Of a stretch of DNA of 64,000 nucleotides, positions 23,350 to 36,644 are shown piece after piece. Location: NCBI GenBank assembly GCA_050084515.1, contig CM114271.1:40858001-40922000 (forward strand). Reading direction: 5' to 3'. The DNA comes from Blasia pusilla. Lineage: Eukaryota. Each line of letters starts with the position of its first letter. The first letter of the stretch is position 1. A model generated the notes under the pieces. That model was not told where the DNA came from, did not search any database, and worked only from the letters and a program-made list of their open reading frames with translations. A program made the position numbers and the translations under genes.

Positions 23350-24062
23350 CAAAGAGAGAATGAGAGGGTGAGCTTTGGCCAACCGGCGTTCCAACCCACC
23401 GAGTCCTCAACTCGGCGTCTCATCAAGCTCAACCTTCCTTAGTTCCTAGCTTCCAACACATGGCAAGTCCTTCAAGACTTGGAACAGACTTTCTGGTTAG
23501 TCCAAGGATCTGAAACGGCACTTGCGCGCCTAGCGATCCCAACTGTTCAACGGTCCTCGGGTGAGTTCTGAACCAAGACCCAAGTAATTGAGTCGCGGGG
23601 TGGAATCCAAGAGGGATGTCTAAAATCGCCTCACTTCACTTGGTGCAGGTTTTCCAACCCAACCCCCAAACTCGCGTTCCGTTCCATGCCCTTGAGCCGC
23701 CCCGGGGCGCCCAAAGTGGGGTTTGGGTTCCAAGCACTCTCGGAGACCTTCCCCTTACTAGTACTTTTGGGGTTCTCCAATAACCCCTCCCCTTTGGGAA
23801 AAGAGGGTCGGGCCCTTCATTGTGGCCCTCAACCCGACTCCACTTACAGTCGTTTTCGGGTCGTATCTCGGCCGCTGCTTATGCGTTTGCAGAGATCTTT
23901 GGTGCGTTTGGACCGGCTCTCCATAAGCTTTCCAACGCATCCTTATGTTCTGGCCCTCCATCAGTGCCATCTACTTTACAACCTGTCACAACGGGGACAA
24001 AGTCAATAAACTACACTGAATTGCCAATGAATTGCAATATGGGCCTTCACATAACTTAATGA

Positions 24063-24727
24063 TCAAAGATCGTTTCTTATCCGCTCAAAGATTGGGTCGG
24101 TGTCTTGGCCCGCCAACTGCTCTGGGACAACAGTTGGCAAGTCCATTGGAAACTCGTCGATCCGATAGAGGTTGATTTCTTCTGCCAGGCTCAGAGACGA
24201 GGAAGACCGCTCTCCTGCTTCTTCAAAGATGTCCACCTTCTCCACGTTGGCGATCCTCATGACCTCATCGTCCGTCACTTGCACTTCGGAGGTTTTCTCA
24301 GCCGATTTTATATTGATTTTATATGCAGGAAATGTCCATGGACTTCATCGGGGACATTTCCTGCATCTCAACACTTTCGGTTGAACGGGATTTCTTCAAT
24401 GGCAACCGCTTTTTCCCTCCGAGCTTTTGCCAATTATGCTCTCCTCACCAACGCGTCCAGATGCTTCTTTTCACGCTTTTCCTCGACGATCCTTTTCTTC
24501 AAGGTCTGCGACGCCTCGGCCTCTGCATTCTGTTTTTCGAGCGCCTCCAAAACACGTTTTGCAAGAAGCTCCTACTTGTGCATGTCCGCTTCCCTTTCCC
24601 GCTCCTCGATCTCTTGCTGCCTTATCTCATTGGCCAAACGAGGCCCTGGAGATGGTGACGGAGGAGTCCTCATGGACTTGGGAGTGAAGCTCCCAACCTT
24701 GTTTGATTGAGATTTATTCCTCGTCAT
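24063..24727 (-). pseudogene. MULE ORF2, 5' part (charged, coiled-coil-like N-terminus), copy 1
   Basis: MTRNKSQSNKVGSFTPKSMRTPPSPSPGPRLANEIRQQEIEERERE is nearly identical to the ORF starting at 36481. A TATA-like box lies on the minus strand at about 24977-24987. Confidence 0.75.
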
Positions 24728-25074
24728 TGTTCCCGAAAATGCCTCCTCCTCGACAACCAAGTTATTTTCTCTGCATGATGAGTCGCCTTGATGAGTTACC
24801 TTGCTGATGTCACGATGAGTCACCTTGATGAGTCGCTCGAATCATCTCGCAATCATTCGCTCGAATCGTCTCATGATGAGTCACCATGTAAATCGCCCCG
24901 TGGTATCTGATGAGCTGTTGCGCGGAAGAGCAATCGAGATCGCGAAACGATAAACCGGAAATGAGCAAACCCTGGCCTATTTATACTTTTCAAGCCGTTG
25001 GGCTGACCGTTGGGTCACACCGTCAATCCGCCGGCGACGTGTCAGCCGTTATGGAAGTCTCGACGTGAAAACCA

Positions 25075-25530
25075 CCAACCCGACGACTCCGACCTGTTGC
25101 ACGCTTCCCGCGGGTTGTAGGCATCCGTCCTCCTCGGGTTAAAAAGCCGAGATATCCTGGAAACCCGTCGGAGACCGACCGGTTGCACGCCTCCGCCGTC
25201 TTCGGGCAAGAACGTGAGGTACCCGCGCAACCCGTCAAAGATCGGGGGGTTGCACGCTTTCCTAGTCTTGGGATAAGAAGGCGACGTATTTGCGCAACTC
25301 GTCGAAGGCCGACGGGTTGCACGCTTCCTTCATGTAAGCGTTATAAGACAAGGCACTTGCGCAACCCGTCGGCCTTGCGCAAAGGAGGCCGAAGGGTTGG
25401 CCTTGGGTAAAGGAGGCTGAAGGGTCGGCCTTGCGCAAAGGAGGCCGAAGGGTTGCACGCTTCCCTCATCTTGGGGTTATAGGCGAGGTACCTGGGCAAC
25501 CCGTCGTTTATTGACAGGTTGCACACTTTT
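25075..25530. repeat. 67-bp-period palindrome array, copy 1
   Basis: Units start at 25160, 25227, 25294 and 25361 (GCAACCCGTCG...CGACGGGTTGC), with a local slippage duplication at about 25370-25455. Confidence 0.85.
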
Positions 25531-26032
25531 CTATCCCTCGGGTAACAATGCGACAACACATAGTTCCGAGGCAACCCCTTGCAATCCCACGGGTCACAAG
25601 GTCTACCGTGAGTTGGACAATCCTGTAACAGTCCCCAAGGATTGGTTGCCTTAGCAAATGCAAGCGGTGTCTCGTGTTTGATGCTAGCAAAATTGACTTA
25701 AAAGACCATTGGTCAGCAAGAAGGTGGTACCAACCCAACGGACTCCGACGGGTTCCAACTTACATTGGGACACTGAAACAAAAAACGGAATTGGGTGCTT
25801 CGCTACCCACGTCTCTGATTCCCAAATTTTGCAACCTATCGGACTCCGACAGGTTGCAATAGAATTAAATCCATCTTGTCAGACAATCTCACCTACCAAA
25901 CTTCATCTTGTCAGTCAAATTCTGTAAGGAGAATCTGAGTCCCTATTCTCTATAAATTAAACATTCTCATACCCATACCCATTCTTATCCTTATTCTTAT
26001 TCTCAGTCTCCTCCCGGTGGAATCTTCAAGGA

Positions 26033-29000
26033 ATGGATAATTATGTGAACCTCACTTGTGGCAGTCATCTAGCAGCCCTTCCTCAATCAGAAATCGTTTG
26101 ACCGCAAGCTTGTGAGTCTTTCATACCAGTGGATGAAAATTTTCTCTCAGTTCGATTTTTTCTTCAAATTGGAACTGTCTTCGTGTCGAAGGATGCTAGG
26201 GTGGACGGTATGGAGGACATAATAGATGAGACAATCCAGCCAGTGATTGCAGACCGTAAATTATGGAATCTCCTACCTCTAGCAAATGGTCAATATAGAG
26301 TTTACGGCTTGTCTCTGAATTCCTCAGTTTCCCAAGTAGACGGTCGAGAATTTCCTAGTGCATCAAGCTCTACGTTTGCAACTCCTACTCAGTAGATCCG
26401 GCATTGACTTCAACTTCACACGCTCGTAACAGTGTTGTACTTCCTGAAAACATTCCGGACGTCGTCAACCTCAGTGGATCTGTCGGACACCAATCGGGCC
26501 CTGTGTCCGCCTACTCGTTCCTCTTGCGAGCATCAGGTAATAGTTTGCTCTTGTATCTGGACTTGAAAATGTTCAAGCACACTCTTGTTGACGAGCTGCC
26601 ATCCACGTACGATGGTAATTGCATTTTTGAGTTGCCTCCACTTGCTGCCCATGCTCAAAAGAAAGATGGAGGACGCTTGAAGGGTATGGACAGAAAGTCT
26701 GATTGTCATCGATGGTGTAGGCTTCAACGGACTAGTACTTCAATTCCAAATGGTCCTTGGTTTTTCTCCCGCCGCCAATGCGTTGGAGCCTTGGAGTGTA
26801 GAAGTCCAGCATGCCCGTATCTAGAGCGTAACGGGCGGGTCAATACATCGTAATTCCCCCCCAAGAATGCATAAACTCCATATGAGGTTGGTGCCACCAT
26901 ACTGCCGGGAGGCCATCGATGTCCTCATTGTAAGGCATCCCCTTTCTATGTTGGAGCGTGTCATGCATACATATTTTTCATTGTCCACAACTTGGGCTCC
27001 ACATCATAGTACACAAGGCTGGCAGTTCATGTTGGCTCCCACACTCATCCTGTGAGCGATGCAATTCAAAAACACATCAAAAAGGATGTGGCAAAGAAAG
27101 TGGCCGAGGTCTACAGAAACTCTCCGGGTTCAAAGCCCGGAGTGATAAAGCTAACAACAACATCACAAATTTTTGAACAATTGATTGGAATCCCTGGACA
27201 CGGCGAGATCACAACTGCTGAGGAGAAACAACTTTGGGAATATCTCGTATTTCTCGCTGATCCTGAATGCTTCCGAAATTTGATGCGTCAAATACGCGTA
27301 CTGGATGGAAAGACGGCCAAAATGGATTCCATTTCCAGAATCAAGGTCCGTCGAGTGGCCTCGATCTTATAGATCGAATGAGGGAAGGGGAAGATCTTTA
27401 CGACAGCTGGGTAAGCTTTGATATTTGCTACAGTGTGCTGAACGGATGGTTGACAATGGGTGCTCACGTTTATGACCGTGTGGAGAAGGGACTCAAAACT
27501 ATATTTGTCTGTGAAGTAAAAGCTGAAGACGTTGGCAGTTTGAAGATGTGCTGGTTACTCTTATTGGAGGTGGTGAAGGCAAAAGGCCAAAACAAAAGGC
27601 CATCTCCGGAAATTTATGGATTCATGGTGGACAATGCCAAACTTGGATGGATTGCTATGAGGGAAGTGTTCTGGGGTAGAGAGGTTCAACCGAAGAGGAA
27701 AAGGTTGGATGCTTTCCTGTGACCCGGTACACCAAATCTTGCATCAAGGAGAATAAGAGGACAGAGCATGTCACTCTGCTCCAACGCTGCAAGGAAAACA
27801 AAACCTTGAAACAGGCCATGGAATGCCAAGAAGAACTTCATGGGTGGTGGAGGAAACATGCGATTGAGGGGAAGTACAAAGAGTTACGCTCTGGGCTGAG
27901 TTGGTGGACTATACAAATGAGAAAATGGGGGAATTTCATGCGAGAGGTGAGTTCACTAATTTGTCTCGTCGAGCTCACGTGGATTTTTTTTTGAAGGGTG
28001 GGCACTACAGGGATTTCAAACCAAAGAAAACAACCAAGCCGTCGGATGCGACAGGTTGCCTGAGTGTGCAACCAGTCGGAAACCGACAGCTTGCATCAAG
28101 AATGTTTGTGTTACCCTTTGGAGCGCGACATCATGCACGAGGAATGTTTGTGCAACCTATCGGAACCTGACTGGTTGCATGAGGTGCAACCTGTCGAATC
28201 TCGACGGGTTGCAAGCCGCAAGGCTGTGAGTTACTCGATCTGCAACCCAACGCATTCTGACAAGTTGCGTCTTTCTGCAACTTGTGGGATTCCGACAAGT
28301 GGCGTCTGTATGTGACTCCTCGCATTTAGAAAGGTTGCGGATGTCTCCAAGTCGTAGCCAGACAAGTTGCATCAGTTCAAGTTAATTGGAACCCGTCGAA
28401 TTCCAATAGTTGCAAAGATTTGTGTGTGGAGACTTCTTGCAAGCCAACGGAATCCGACAGGTTGCACAAGGATTTTCGAGACCGGACCGGCCTGCTTCTC
28501 ACAACCCATACGATTCCGACGGATTGCAGTAGCAGGTTCCTAGGGGCTAGGTTGTAGTAAAAGGTTACTGGGACATTCCAAGGATGTCTCCCACTTGCAA
28601 CCCGTTTCAAGTTGGAGGCTGGAAAATCCATGTGCGATTCATCGAATTCCGATAACTTGCACTTGGATCTTCCAGCCCGGAGTGGCCAAAGCTACTTGCA
28701 ACCCGCTTGAATCCGACGGGTTGCACTAGGTGGTTCCTGGGTGTTGCAACATGTCGGAAACCGACGGGTTGCAGAGTCATTCATGGGATCCCTCCGACTT
28801 GCAACACGTCTAGTTTCGACAGGTAGCTTTTTTCTTTGCTCATAGAGCTATTTTGTTCCCTTCTCTCATTGCCGTCATTGCAGGGATTGAACATTCATGA
28901 AAATGCCCTCTGCCCCAACACAAGTTGAGTAGAAAGTGTTCATTCCTCCTGGAGGTCGTCAAAAGCATGCCAACGAATTTCACTTGTGGAGGCATGCCAA

Positions 29001-30391
29001 CAAGACGAGGCAAGAGAAATGCTACAGTCTGCAGCATCCCATATCTTCCTCACAAAAGGCATAACAAAAGGAAGGGGGCCTTCGATCTACAAGCTCTCTA
29101 TCAGGGCCTTAGTGAGATCGGGTGATGAGAAACTCTTTGTGGAAGCCTTCAATCGGTGCGTAGCAAGAACTCCCCGTGGAATCCTTCAATCGGTACGTAC
29201 ACACTGGTGGGGATATTCGTGGGCGCGTTTCAAGACATCCCATACAGATGGTGGTAGAGCAGTCCGAGAGAGACTCGTGGAGACTAGATAAATATCTTGA
29301 CTTCAAATAGGTGAAGAGGCAACATCGAGGAACGAACCCAGTGATTGATTTGGATGAGGAAATAACACCGGCAAGGTATTCGGAGACCTTGAATTGCTCC
29401 CAAATCCGTGATGCAGTATCTTCTCCAAAATCAGTGAATGTTTTATTTCAAAAGCCCTTTGTTGTTGGAAGTTCGTAACATCCGGTCGTTGGGGTGGTTC
29501 AATAGTATGGGATTCCGGTCATTGAGGTGGATTGCAATCTCAAACGGTGGCATATATCTCGGAGCAACCCTGGACGCGGACCCACATGCAGGGCAGGATC
29601 TGATGGCATTAGGAGAGCATACGGCACTTTCCTAAATAAGAACTGTACAAGGACTGGACGACCACTGCTTGGGTTTTGGGGACCCAAAACCTTTGATCAC
29701 GAGGACCCGTGATCAATTGAAGTACTTCTTCTGCCCAAATGAATCTTACGCTTTCCGAAAGTCTTATCTGGCTGCCATTGGAGCTCCGGGGAATACCCCC
29801 ACGATTTGGCCCATTGCCAAAAGTACGAATTGCACTCAAGACAAAGTGGACAATCTTATAAGTGCCGGTTTTAGACTCGTAGACGGAGGAAGTTGGGAGC
29901 ATGTTTGCTTTACAGAGACCTTTATATTTCGTTTTCAACCCAAGATTGATGTCAACATGTACCCGGAGAAGGTGGATGATCTCAATCCATTATTTCTGTT
30001 TGAGTCTAGAAATGGGGTGAAGAGAAACAGAATGTGTAGGCCAACGGTGGAGAGAGCAAAGCAGATTGCATCAGCTCGGGAGGCAAAAATGGAAATCATC
30101 GCCACGAAAGATATATTGAGTGGCAATGGAATAGGAAGGATGTATTGGATCAGGAACAACACTGTAAATTCAAGTGTCACAGGGGTGTATGTGGTGCACA
30201 TCTGTTGCTTTCCCACATGTTCATGTGATGATTTTGTCCAAAGAGAGACAAGTGGGAAAACGTATTTCCCTTGTAAGCACATGTACTATGTGTTGCTTGT
30301 AGTTTTAAGAGAGTCGGAGGTAGGAGTAGGAATCCACCAACCAATTATGTCCGTCAAAGAAGTGCGAAGTATTTTAAACAAACCACTTTGA
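26033..30391 (+). pseudogene. Mutator-like transposase: GCM/WRKY-like Zn finger + MULE DDE + SWIM finger, copy 1
   Basis: CVGALECRSPACPY...CPHC...HVGSHTHP; WVSFDIC; GFMVDNA; DAFH in the CxxH position (intact in copy 2); ESVHSSW; SWIM CSCDDF...PCKH. Introns at about 27947-28882. Stops, frameshifts and deletions are present. Confidence 0.85.
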
Positions 30392-30814
30392 GGATGCAAA
30401 ATGAGGTTTTAGATTGTACTTTCATTTTTCCAGAACCTTCACTTTGAGCTTGAACTCTATTTAGCCTAGGGCAAATGATAGATTTTTTCCAGACCTTGGA
30501 TGGAAAAAGTGATTGGTTCTACACTTATGATTCCATTGATTATTCCATTTTCTAAATTTTGTGCAATTTGCAACTCGTCGGACTTAGAGGGGTTGCCAAA
30601 ATGTGGAAGAGGAAAAAAATTTGTGGGAGTGCTCTAGAATTGAGCAGAAAAGTGCAAAAAAGTTCACACAAAAAGTTTCCTCTCTTCAACCCAACAGAAA
30701 CTCTCTTCAAATCATAGGAAACTCTCTTAAAAAAAAAGTATCTCTTTGGGTTGAAGGAAGTTTTCTCTGTCCTCTCTTTCTCTCTTTCTCTCTTCCTCTC
30801 CTCTTGCTGCACCT

Positions 30815-31315
30815 CTCAGATTGGAGGACATGCAGAAGACCGCATTTTGGGTATGGATCCTCATGGGAAGGAGTTTTTGTACCAGTGGTGATTCTTACCA
30901 TTTTGATTAAAGAACGTCCGGGTTGAGTTTCAGAGGGTCATGCATAGGATCTTGGCAAGTGTGGATTTTGCTAGGTGTTATATTGATGACATTGTAGTCT
31001 TTAGCGCCATGGTTCAGGAGCATGATCGACATCTGGACTCTAGAGGTATTTCGACGATTGTAGTTACATGGGCTAAAGCTACATCTAGGCAAGTGCAAGT
31101 TCTTCTACGACCAAATTGAGTACCTAGGTCATATGATATTCCCAAGGGGACTTGGTGTGCAGCAAAAAAAAGGTAGATGCTATTTCATGCATTCCACGCC
31201 CTTCATATGTGAGTTGAGTTTGTACATTCATCGGATTGGCGACTTCTATCGACGGTACGTCAAAGGTTTCAGTTTTATTGCAAAGTCGTTGACCTTGCTG
31301 ACCAAGGTGGATCAG
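30815..31315 (+). pseudogene. Reverse transcriptase core fragment of the split-repeat Gypsy
   Basis: EDMQKTAFW...EFQRVM...RCYIDDIVVFS...KCKFFYDQIEYLGHMI...YRRYVKGFS, with stops and frameshifts. Confidence 0.9.
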
Positions 31316-31708
31316 AAGTGCGGTAAGAGGAGAGGAAGAGAGGAAGAGAGGAGAGAGGAAACTACCTTCAACCCAAAGAGATACTTTTTTTTAAGAGAGT
31401 TTTCGTTGGGTTGAAGAGAGGAAACTTTTTGTGTGAATTTTTTTGCATTTTTTTGTTCAGTTATTAAGCAGTCCCACGGTTTTTTTTTTCTCTTCCATAT
31501 TTTGGCAACCCATCTGAGTCCGACCGGTTGCAAATTGCACAAAATTTAGAAAATTGAAAAATCAGTGGAATCATAAGTGTGGAACCAATCACTTTTTCCA
31601 TCCAAGGTCTGGAAAAAATCTACCATTTTCCCTGGGCTGAATAGAGTTCAAGCTAAAAGTGAAGGTTCTTGAAAAATGAAAGTACATCTAAAACCTCATT
31701 TTGCATCC

Positions 31709-34700
31709 TCAAAGTGATTTGTTTAAAATACTTCGCACTTCTTTGACGGACAGAATTGGTTGGTGGATTCCTACTCCTACCTCCGACTCTCTTAGAACTA
31801 CCAGCAACACATAGTACATGTGCTTACAAGGGAAATACGTTTTCCCACTTGTCTCCCTTTGGACAAAGTCATCACATGAACATGTGGGAAAGCAACAGAT
31901 GTGCACCACATACACCCCTGTGACACTTGAATTTACAGTGTTGTTCTTGACCCAATAAATCCTTCCTATTCCATTGCCTCTCAAGACATCTTTCATGGCG
32001 ATGATCTCCATTTTTTCCTCCCGAGCTGATGCAATCTGCTTTGCTCTCTCCACCGTTGGCCTACACATTCTGTTTCTCTTCACCCCATTACTAGACTGAA
32101 ACAAAAATAATGGATTGAGATCATCCACCTTCTCCGGGTACATGTTGACATCAATCTTGGGTTGAAAACGAAATGCAAACGTCTCTGTAATGCGAACATG
32201 CTCCCAACTTCCTCCGTCTACGAGTCTGAAATCGACACTTGTAAGATTGTCCACTTCGTCTTGAGTGCAGTTCGTACCTACGACGATGGGCCAAATCGTG
32301 GGGGTATTCCCCAGAGCTTCAATGGCAGCCGGATAAGACTTTCGGAAAGCGTAAGATTCATTTGGGCAGAAGAAGTAATTCAATTGATCCCCGGTCTAGT
32401 GAAACGATCAAAGGTTTGAGTCCCCAAAACCCAGGCAGTGGTCGTCTAGTGCTTATACAGGTCTTATTTAGGAAAGTGCCGCATGCTCTCCTTATGCCAT
32501 CAGATCCTGCCCTGCAGGTGGGTCCACGTCCAGGGTTGCTCCGAGATATATGCCACTGTTTTAGGTTGCAATCCACCTCCATTACCGGAATCCCATATTG
32601 TTGAACCACTCCAGTGATAGGATGTTGCGAACTTCCAGCAACGGAAGGCTTTTGAAATAAGACATTCACTGATTTTGGAGAAGGGTCTCCATCATGCATT
32701 TGGGACGGTCTGGGTCCGCGAATACCTGGCGGCGAATTTCTCATCCAAATCAATCACCGGATCCGTTCTTGATGTCGCCTCTTCACCGCTCAAGTCAAGA
32801 TACTTATCTGGTCTCCACGAGTCTCGCTCGGACTGCTCTACCACCATCTATATGGGACGTCTTGAAACCCGCCCATGAATATCCCCACCAATGTGTACGT
32901 CTTCCTCGAGGGGAGTTTCAGCTACGCACCGGTTGAAGGCTTCCACATACAGTTTTTCATCACCAGATCTCATAGCCGCCCTGACATAGAGCTCGTAGAT
33001 CGACGACCCCCTTCCTTTTGTTATGCCTTTTGTGAGGAAGATATGGGATGCTGCAGACTGTAGCATTGCTCTTGCATGGTCTTGTTGGCATGCCTCCACA
33101 AGTGAAATTCGTTGGCATGCTTGTGACAACCTCCAGGAGGAATGAACACTTTCTGCTCAACTTGTGTTGGAGCAGAGGGCATTTTCATGAATGTTCAATC
33201 CCTGCAACGACGGCAATGTTAGAAGGGAACAAAAATAACTCAGGAGTCAAAGAAATAAGCTACATGTGGGAACCAGACGGGTTGCAAGGCCGAGGCATCC
33301 CATGAGCGACTCTGCGACCCGTTGGGTCGCGACGTGTTGCGACCCTAAACCCACCTATTGCAACCCGTCGGATTCAGACGGGTTGCAAGAACCTGTGGCC
33401 ACTCAGGAAGATCCAAGTGCAAGTCATCCAAAACCCATCCGGGTCAAACTATTTGCAGGCCTTGTATACATGCGACTTGCATAATTGTCTATGGGTTGCA
33501 CCAAAATTCTGGATGCAACCCGTTGGTTTCCATCAGGTTGCACACTCGGGCAACCCGTCGCATCCGAAAACTTCCTTGGTTTCTTTGGTTTGAAATCCCT
33601 ATGGTTCCCACGCTTCTCAACTTGAGCTGCAACTTTACAAAAAATTCTCAGCGTGAGCTTGGCAAGACAAAATAGTGAACTCACCTGCCGCATGAAGTTT
33701 CCCCATTGTCTCATACGTACAGTCCACCAACTCAACTAAGAGCACAAATCTTTGTACTTCCCCTCAATCGCATGCTTCCTCCACCACCCATGAAGTTCTT
33801 CTTGGAATTCCATGGCCTGTTTCAAGGTTTTGTTGTCCTTGCAGCGTTGGAGTAGAGTGACATGCTCTGTCCTCTTATTCTCCTTGATGCAAGATTTGGT
33901 GTACCGGGTCACAGACTGTTGCCAATGGAAAGCATCCGATCTTTCTCTCTCCGGTTGAACCTCTCCACCCCAGAACACTTCCTGGATAGCAATCCACCCA
34001 CGTTGTGCATTTTCCGCCATGAACCCATAAATTTCCGGAGGTGGCCTTTTGTTTTCCTTCACCACCTCCAATAAGAGTAACCAGCACATCTTCAAACTGC
34101 CAACGTCTTTTGCCTTTACTTCACAGACAAATATAGTTGTGAGTCCCTTCTCCACATTGTCATAAACGTGAGCACCCATTGTCAACCATCCGTTCAACAC
34201 TCTGTTGCAAATATCAAAGCTTACCCAACTGTAGTAAAGATCTTCCCCTTCCCTCATTCGATCTATAAGATCGAAGCCACTCGACGGACCTGTGGTTGAC
34301 ATTTTGAAGACATAGGCCCTGGATCCCTGGATCCCTCGCCTCCTTGGCCCATGAACTGCCATCTCTGAATGAATGGAAATCTGGAGTTGGCCTTGATTCT
34401 GGCGATGGCATCCATTTCGGCCGTCTTTCCATCCAGAACCCGTATTTGACGCAGCAAATTCCAGAAGCATTCAGGATCAGCGAGAAATGCGAGATTTTCC
34501 CAGAGTTGTTTCTCCTCGGCCGCCGTGATCTCGCCCTATCCACGGAATCCAAGGATTCAATTCAGGCGTCCTCCATCTTTCTTTTGAGCAAGAGCAGCAA
34601 GTGGAAGCAACTCAAAAATGCAATTACCATCGTACCTGGGCGGCAGCTTGTCGACAAGAATGTGCTTGAAAATTTTCAAGGCCAGAGACGAAAGCAAACT

Positions 34701-35209
34701 ATTGCCTAATACTTGCAAGAGGAACGAGTAGGCGGACATAGGGCCCGGTTGGTGTCCGGCAGATCCACAAAGATTGATAACATCCGGAATCTCTTCAGGA
34801 AGAACAACATTGTTACGAGCGTGTGAAGTTGGAGTCGAAGCCGGATCTACTGAGCTAGGAGTTGCAAACGTAGAGCTTGGAGCACTAGGAAATTCTCGAC
34901 CGTCTACTTGAGAAACAGACGAATTCAGGGGCAAGCCGTAAACTCTCTATTGACCATTTGCTAGAGGTAGGAGATATATACTTTACGGTCTGCAATCACT
35001 GGCTCGACTATCTCACCTATTATGTCCTCCGTACCGTCCACCCTAACATCCTTGGATACAAAGATGGTTCCAATTTGGAGAAGAAATCGAACAGAGAGAA
35101 AATTTTCATCCACAACTATGAAAGACTCAAGAGCTTGCGGTCGAACAATTTCTGATTGAGGAAGGGCCGCTAGATGACTGACATAAGTGAGCTTCACAGA
35201 ATTATCCAT
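31709..35209 (-). pseudogene. Mutator-like transposase, copy 2
   Basis: MDNSVKLTYVSHLAALPQSEI start; SWVSFDICNRVLNGWLTMGAHVYD; SDAFHWQQS; SWIM finger. The GCM-like segment is deleted near 34550. Confidence 0.85.
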
Positions 35210-35484
35210 TCCCAGAGATTTCGTACGGGAGGAGAGTGAGAATGAGAATTTTTAATTTATAGTGAATAGGAAATCAAATTCTCTTGACAGAATTTTACTA
35301 ACAAGATGAAGTTTGGTAGGTGAAATTGTCTGACACAATGGATTCAATTCTGTTGCAACCTGTCGGAGTCAGGTGGGTTAGAGGATTTGGGAAGCAGAGA
35401 CGTGGGTTGCGAAGCACACTTCATTTTTTTGGAACCTGTCGGAGTCCAGGTAACTCAACTATTAACCCAAGCTAAGCAAAGCCT

Positions 35485-36177
35485 GCAACCCGTCGTCTTC
35501 GGACGGGTTGCACGCTTCTGCCTTACCTTGAAATGCAAACATGATCGAAGTTGGCAGCCCGTCGCTCTCCGACGAGTTGCGCGGGTACCGCGCCTTCTTG
35601 CCCGAAGATGACCGAGGCGCGCAATCAGTAGGCATCAGACGGGTTGCCCAATTCTCTCACGTATAAACACTGACATGAAGGAAGCGTGCAAACCGTCTTT
35701 TCTCGATGAGTTCAGCGGTTGTCGCACCTTCTTGCCCAAAGACGGCGAGGCGTGCAACCCGTCGCCCTCCGACGGGTTGCGCAAGGGCCTCACCTTGTTT
35801 CGCTTACATGAAGGAAGCGTGCAACCTGTCGGCCTCCAGCGAGTTGCGCGGGAAGCCCGTGTTGTTATCCCTTGACGAGGGAAGCGTGCAACCCAACGGT
35901 CTCCGACGGGTTGCGCGGGTACCTCCTGTTCTTGTCCGAAGACGGCAGAGGCGCGCAACATGTTGGTCTCCGACGGGTTGCGCGGGTACCTCGCGTTCTT
36001 GTCCGAACACGGCCGATGCGCTCAACCTGTCTATCTCCGACGGGTTGCTCACGCACCTCGCGTTCTCGTCCCAGGACGGCGGAGGCGCGCAACCTGTCGG
36101 ACTCCGATGGGTTGCCACGAGGACGGATGCCTTGAACCCTCGGGAAGCGTGCAACCCGTGGAAGCTGTCGGGTTGTT
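35485..36177. repeat. 67-bp-period palindrome array, 11 units, between the two divergent MULE genes
   Basis: Unit starts at 35485, 35554, 35621, 35688, 35754, 35821, 35888, 35955, 36022, 36089 and 36151. Each unit is a 27-bp imperfect palindrome plus a linker of about 40 bp. Confidence 0.9.
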
Positions 36178-36263
36178 GTTTTTCACGTCCAGACTTCCGA
36201 AACGGCCGGCACGTCGCCGTCGGAAGGACGATGCGACCCAATGGTCAGCCCAACGGCGAGAAA

Positions 36264-36274
36264 AGTATAAATAG
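36264..36274 (+). promoter_or_regulatory. Candidate TATA box of MULE ORF2
   Basis: AGTATAAATAG about 215 bp upstream of the ATG at 36481, conserved in reverse in copy 1. Confidence 0.5.
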
Positions 36275-36644
36275 GGGAGAAATCGCTCATTTCCGGTTTC
36301 TCATTTGGCAATCTCCATTACTCTCCTGCGCATCAGCTGATCAGATACCAAGGGGCGCTTCACACGGTGACTCATCCCGAGACGATACGAGCGAACGATC
36401 GTGAGACGATTCGAACTACCCATCAAGGCGACTGATCAAGCGATTCATCGTGGACATAGGTGGAGGCATTTCCGGGAAAAATGACGAGGAAAAACTCTCA
36501 AGCAAACAAGTGTGGGAGCTTCACTCCCAAGTCCATGAGGACTCTTGCGTCACCATCTCCAGGGCCTCGTTTGGCCAATGAGATAAGGCAGCAAGAAATC
36601 GAGGAGCGGGAAAGGGAAGCGGAAATGCACAACCAGGAGCTCGG

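Larger units (their letters stand above)
23970..30814 (+). mobile_element. MULE family copy 1 (left-truncated; left boundary approximate)
   Basis: Inverted homologue of 31316-36640. The terminus ...CTCTTGCTGCACCT abuts the Gypsy RT. Confidence 0.85.

Noticed and set aside
23980-24200. ParB-like domain in MULE ORF2
   Set aside because: Plausible from known MTase fusions, but no diagnostic motif is visible and the region is truncated in both copies.
26033-30391. Kyakuja-Dileera-Zisupton transposase, suggested by the SWIM and Cys clusters
   Set aside because: Core motifs (VSFD, FMVD, xxFHW, ESxH) and the 9-10 bp TSD fit Mutator better.
35485-36177. CRISPR-like array (palindromic repeat plus constant-length spacers)
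   Set aside because: Spacers are related to one another, repeats are degenerate, there are no cas genes, and the context is a eukaryotic transposon. It is a tandem array.
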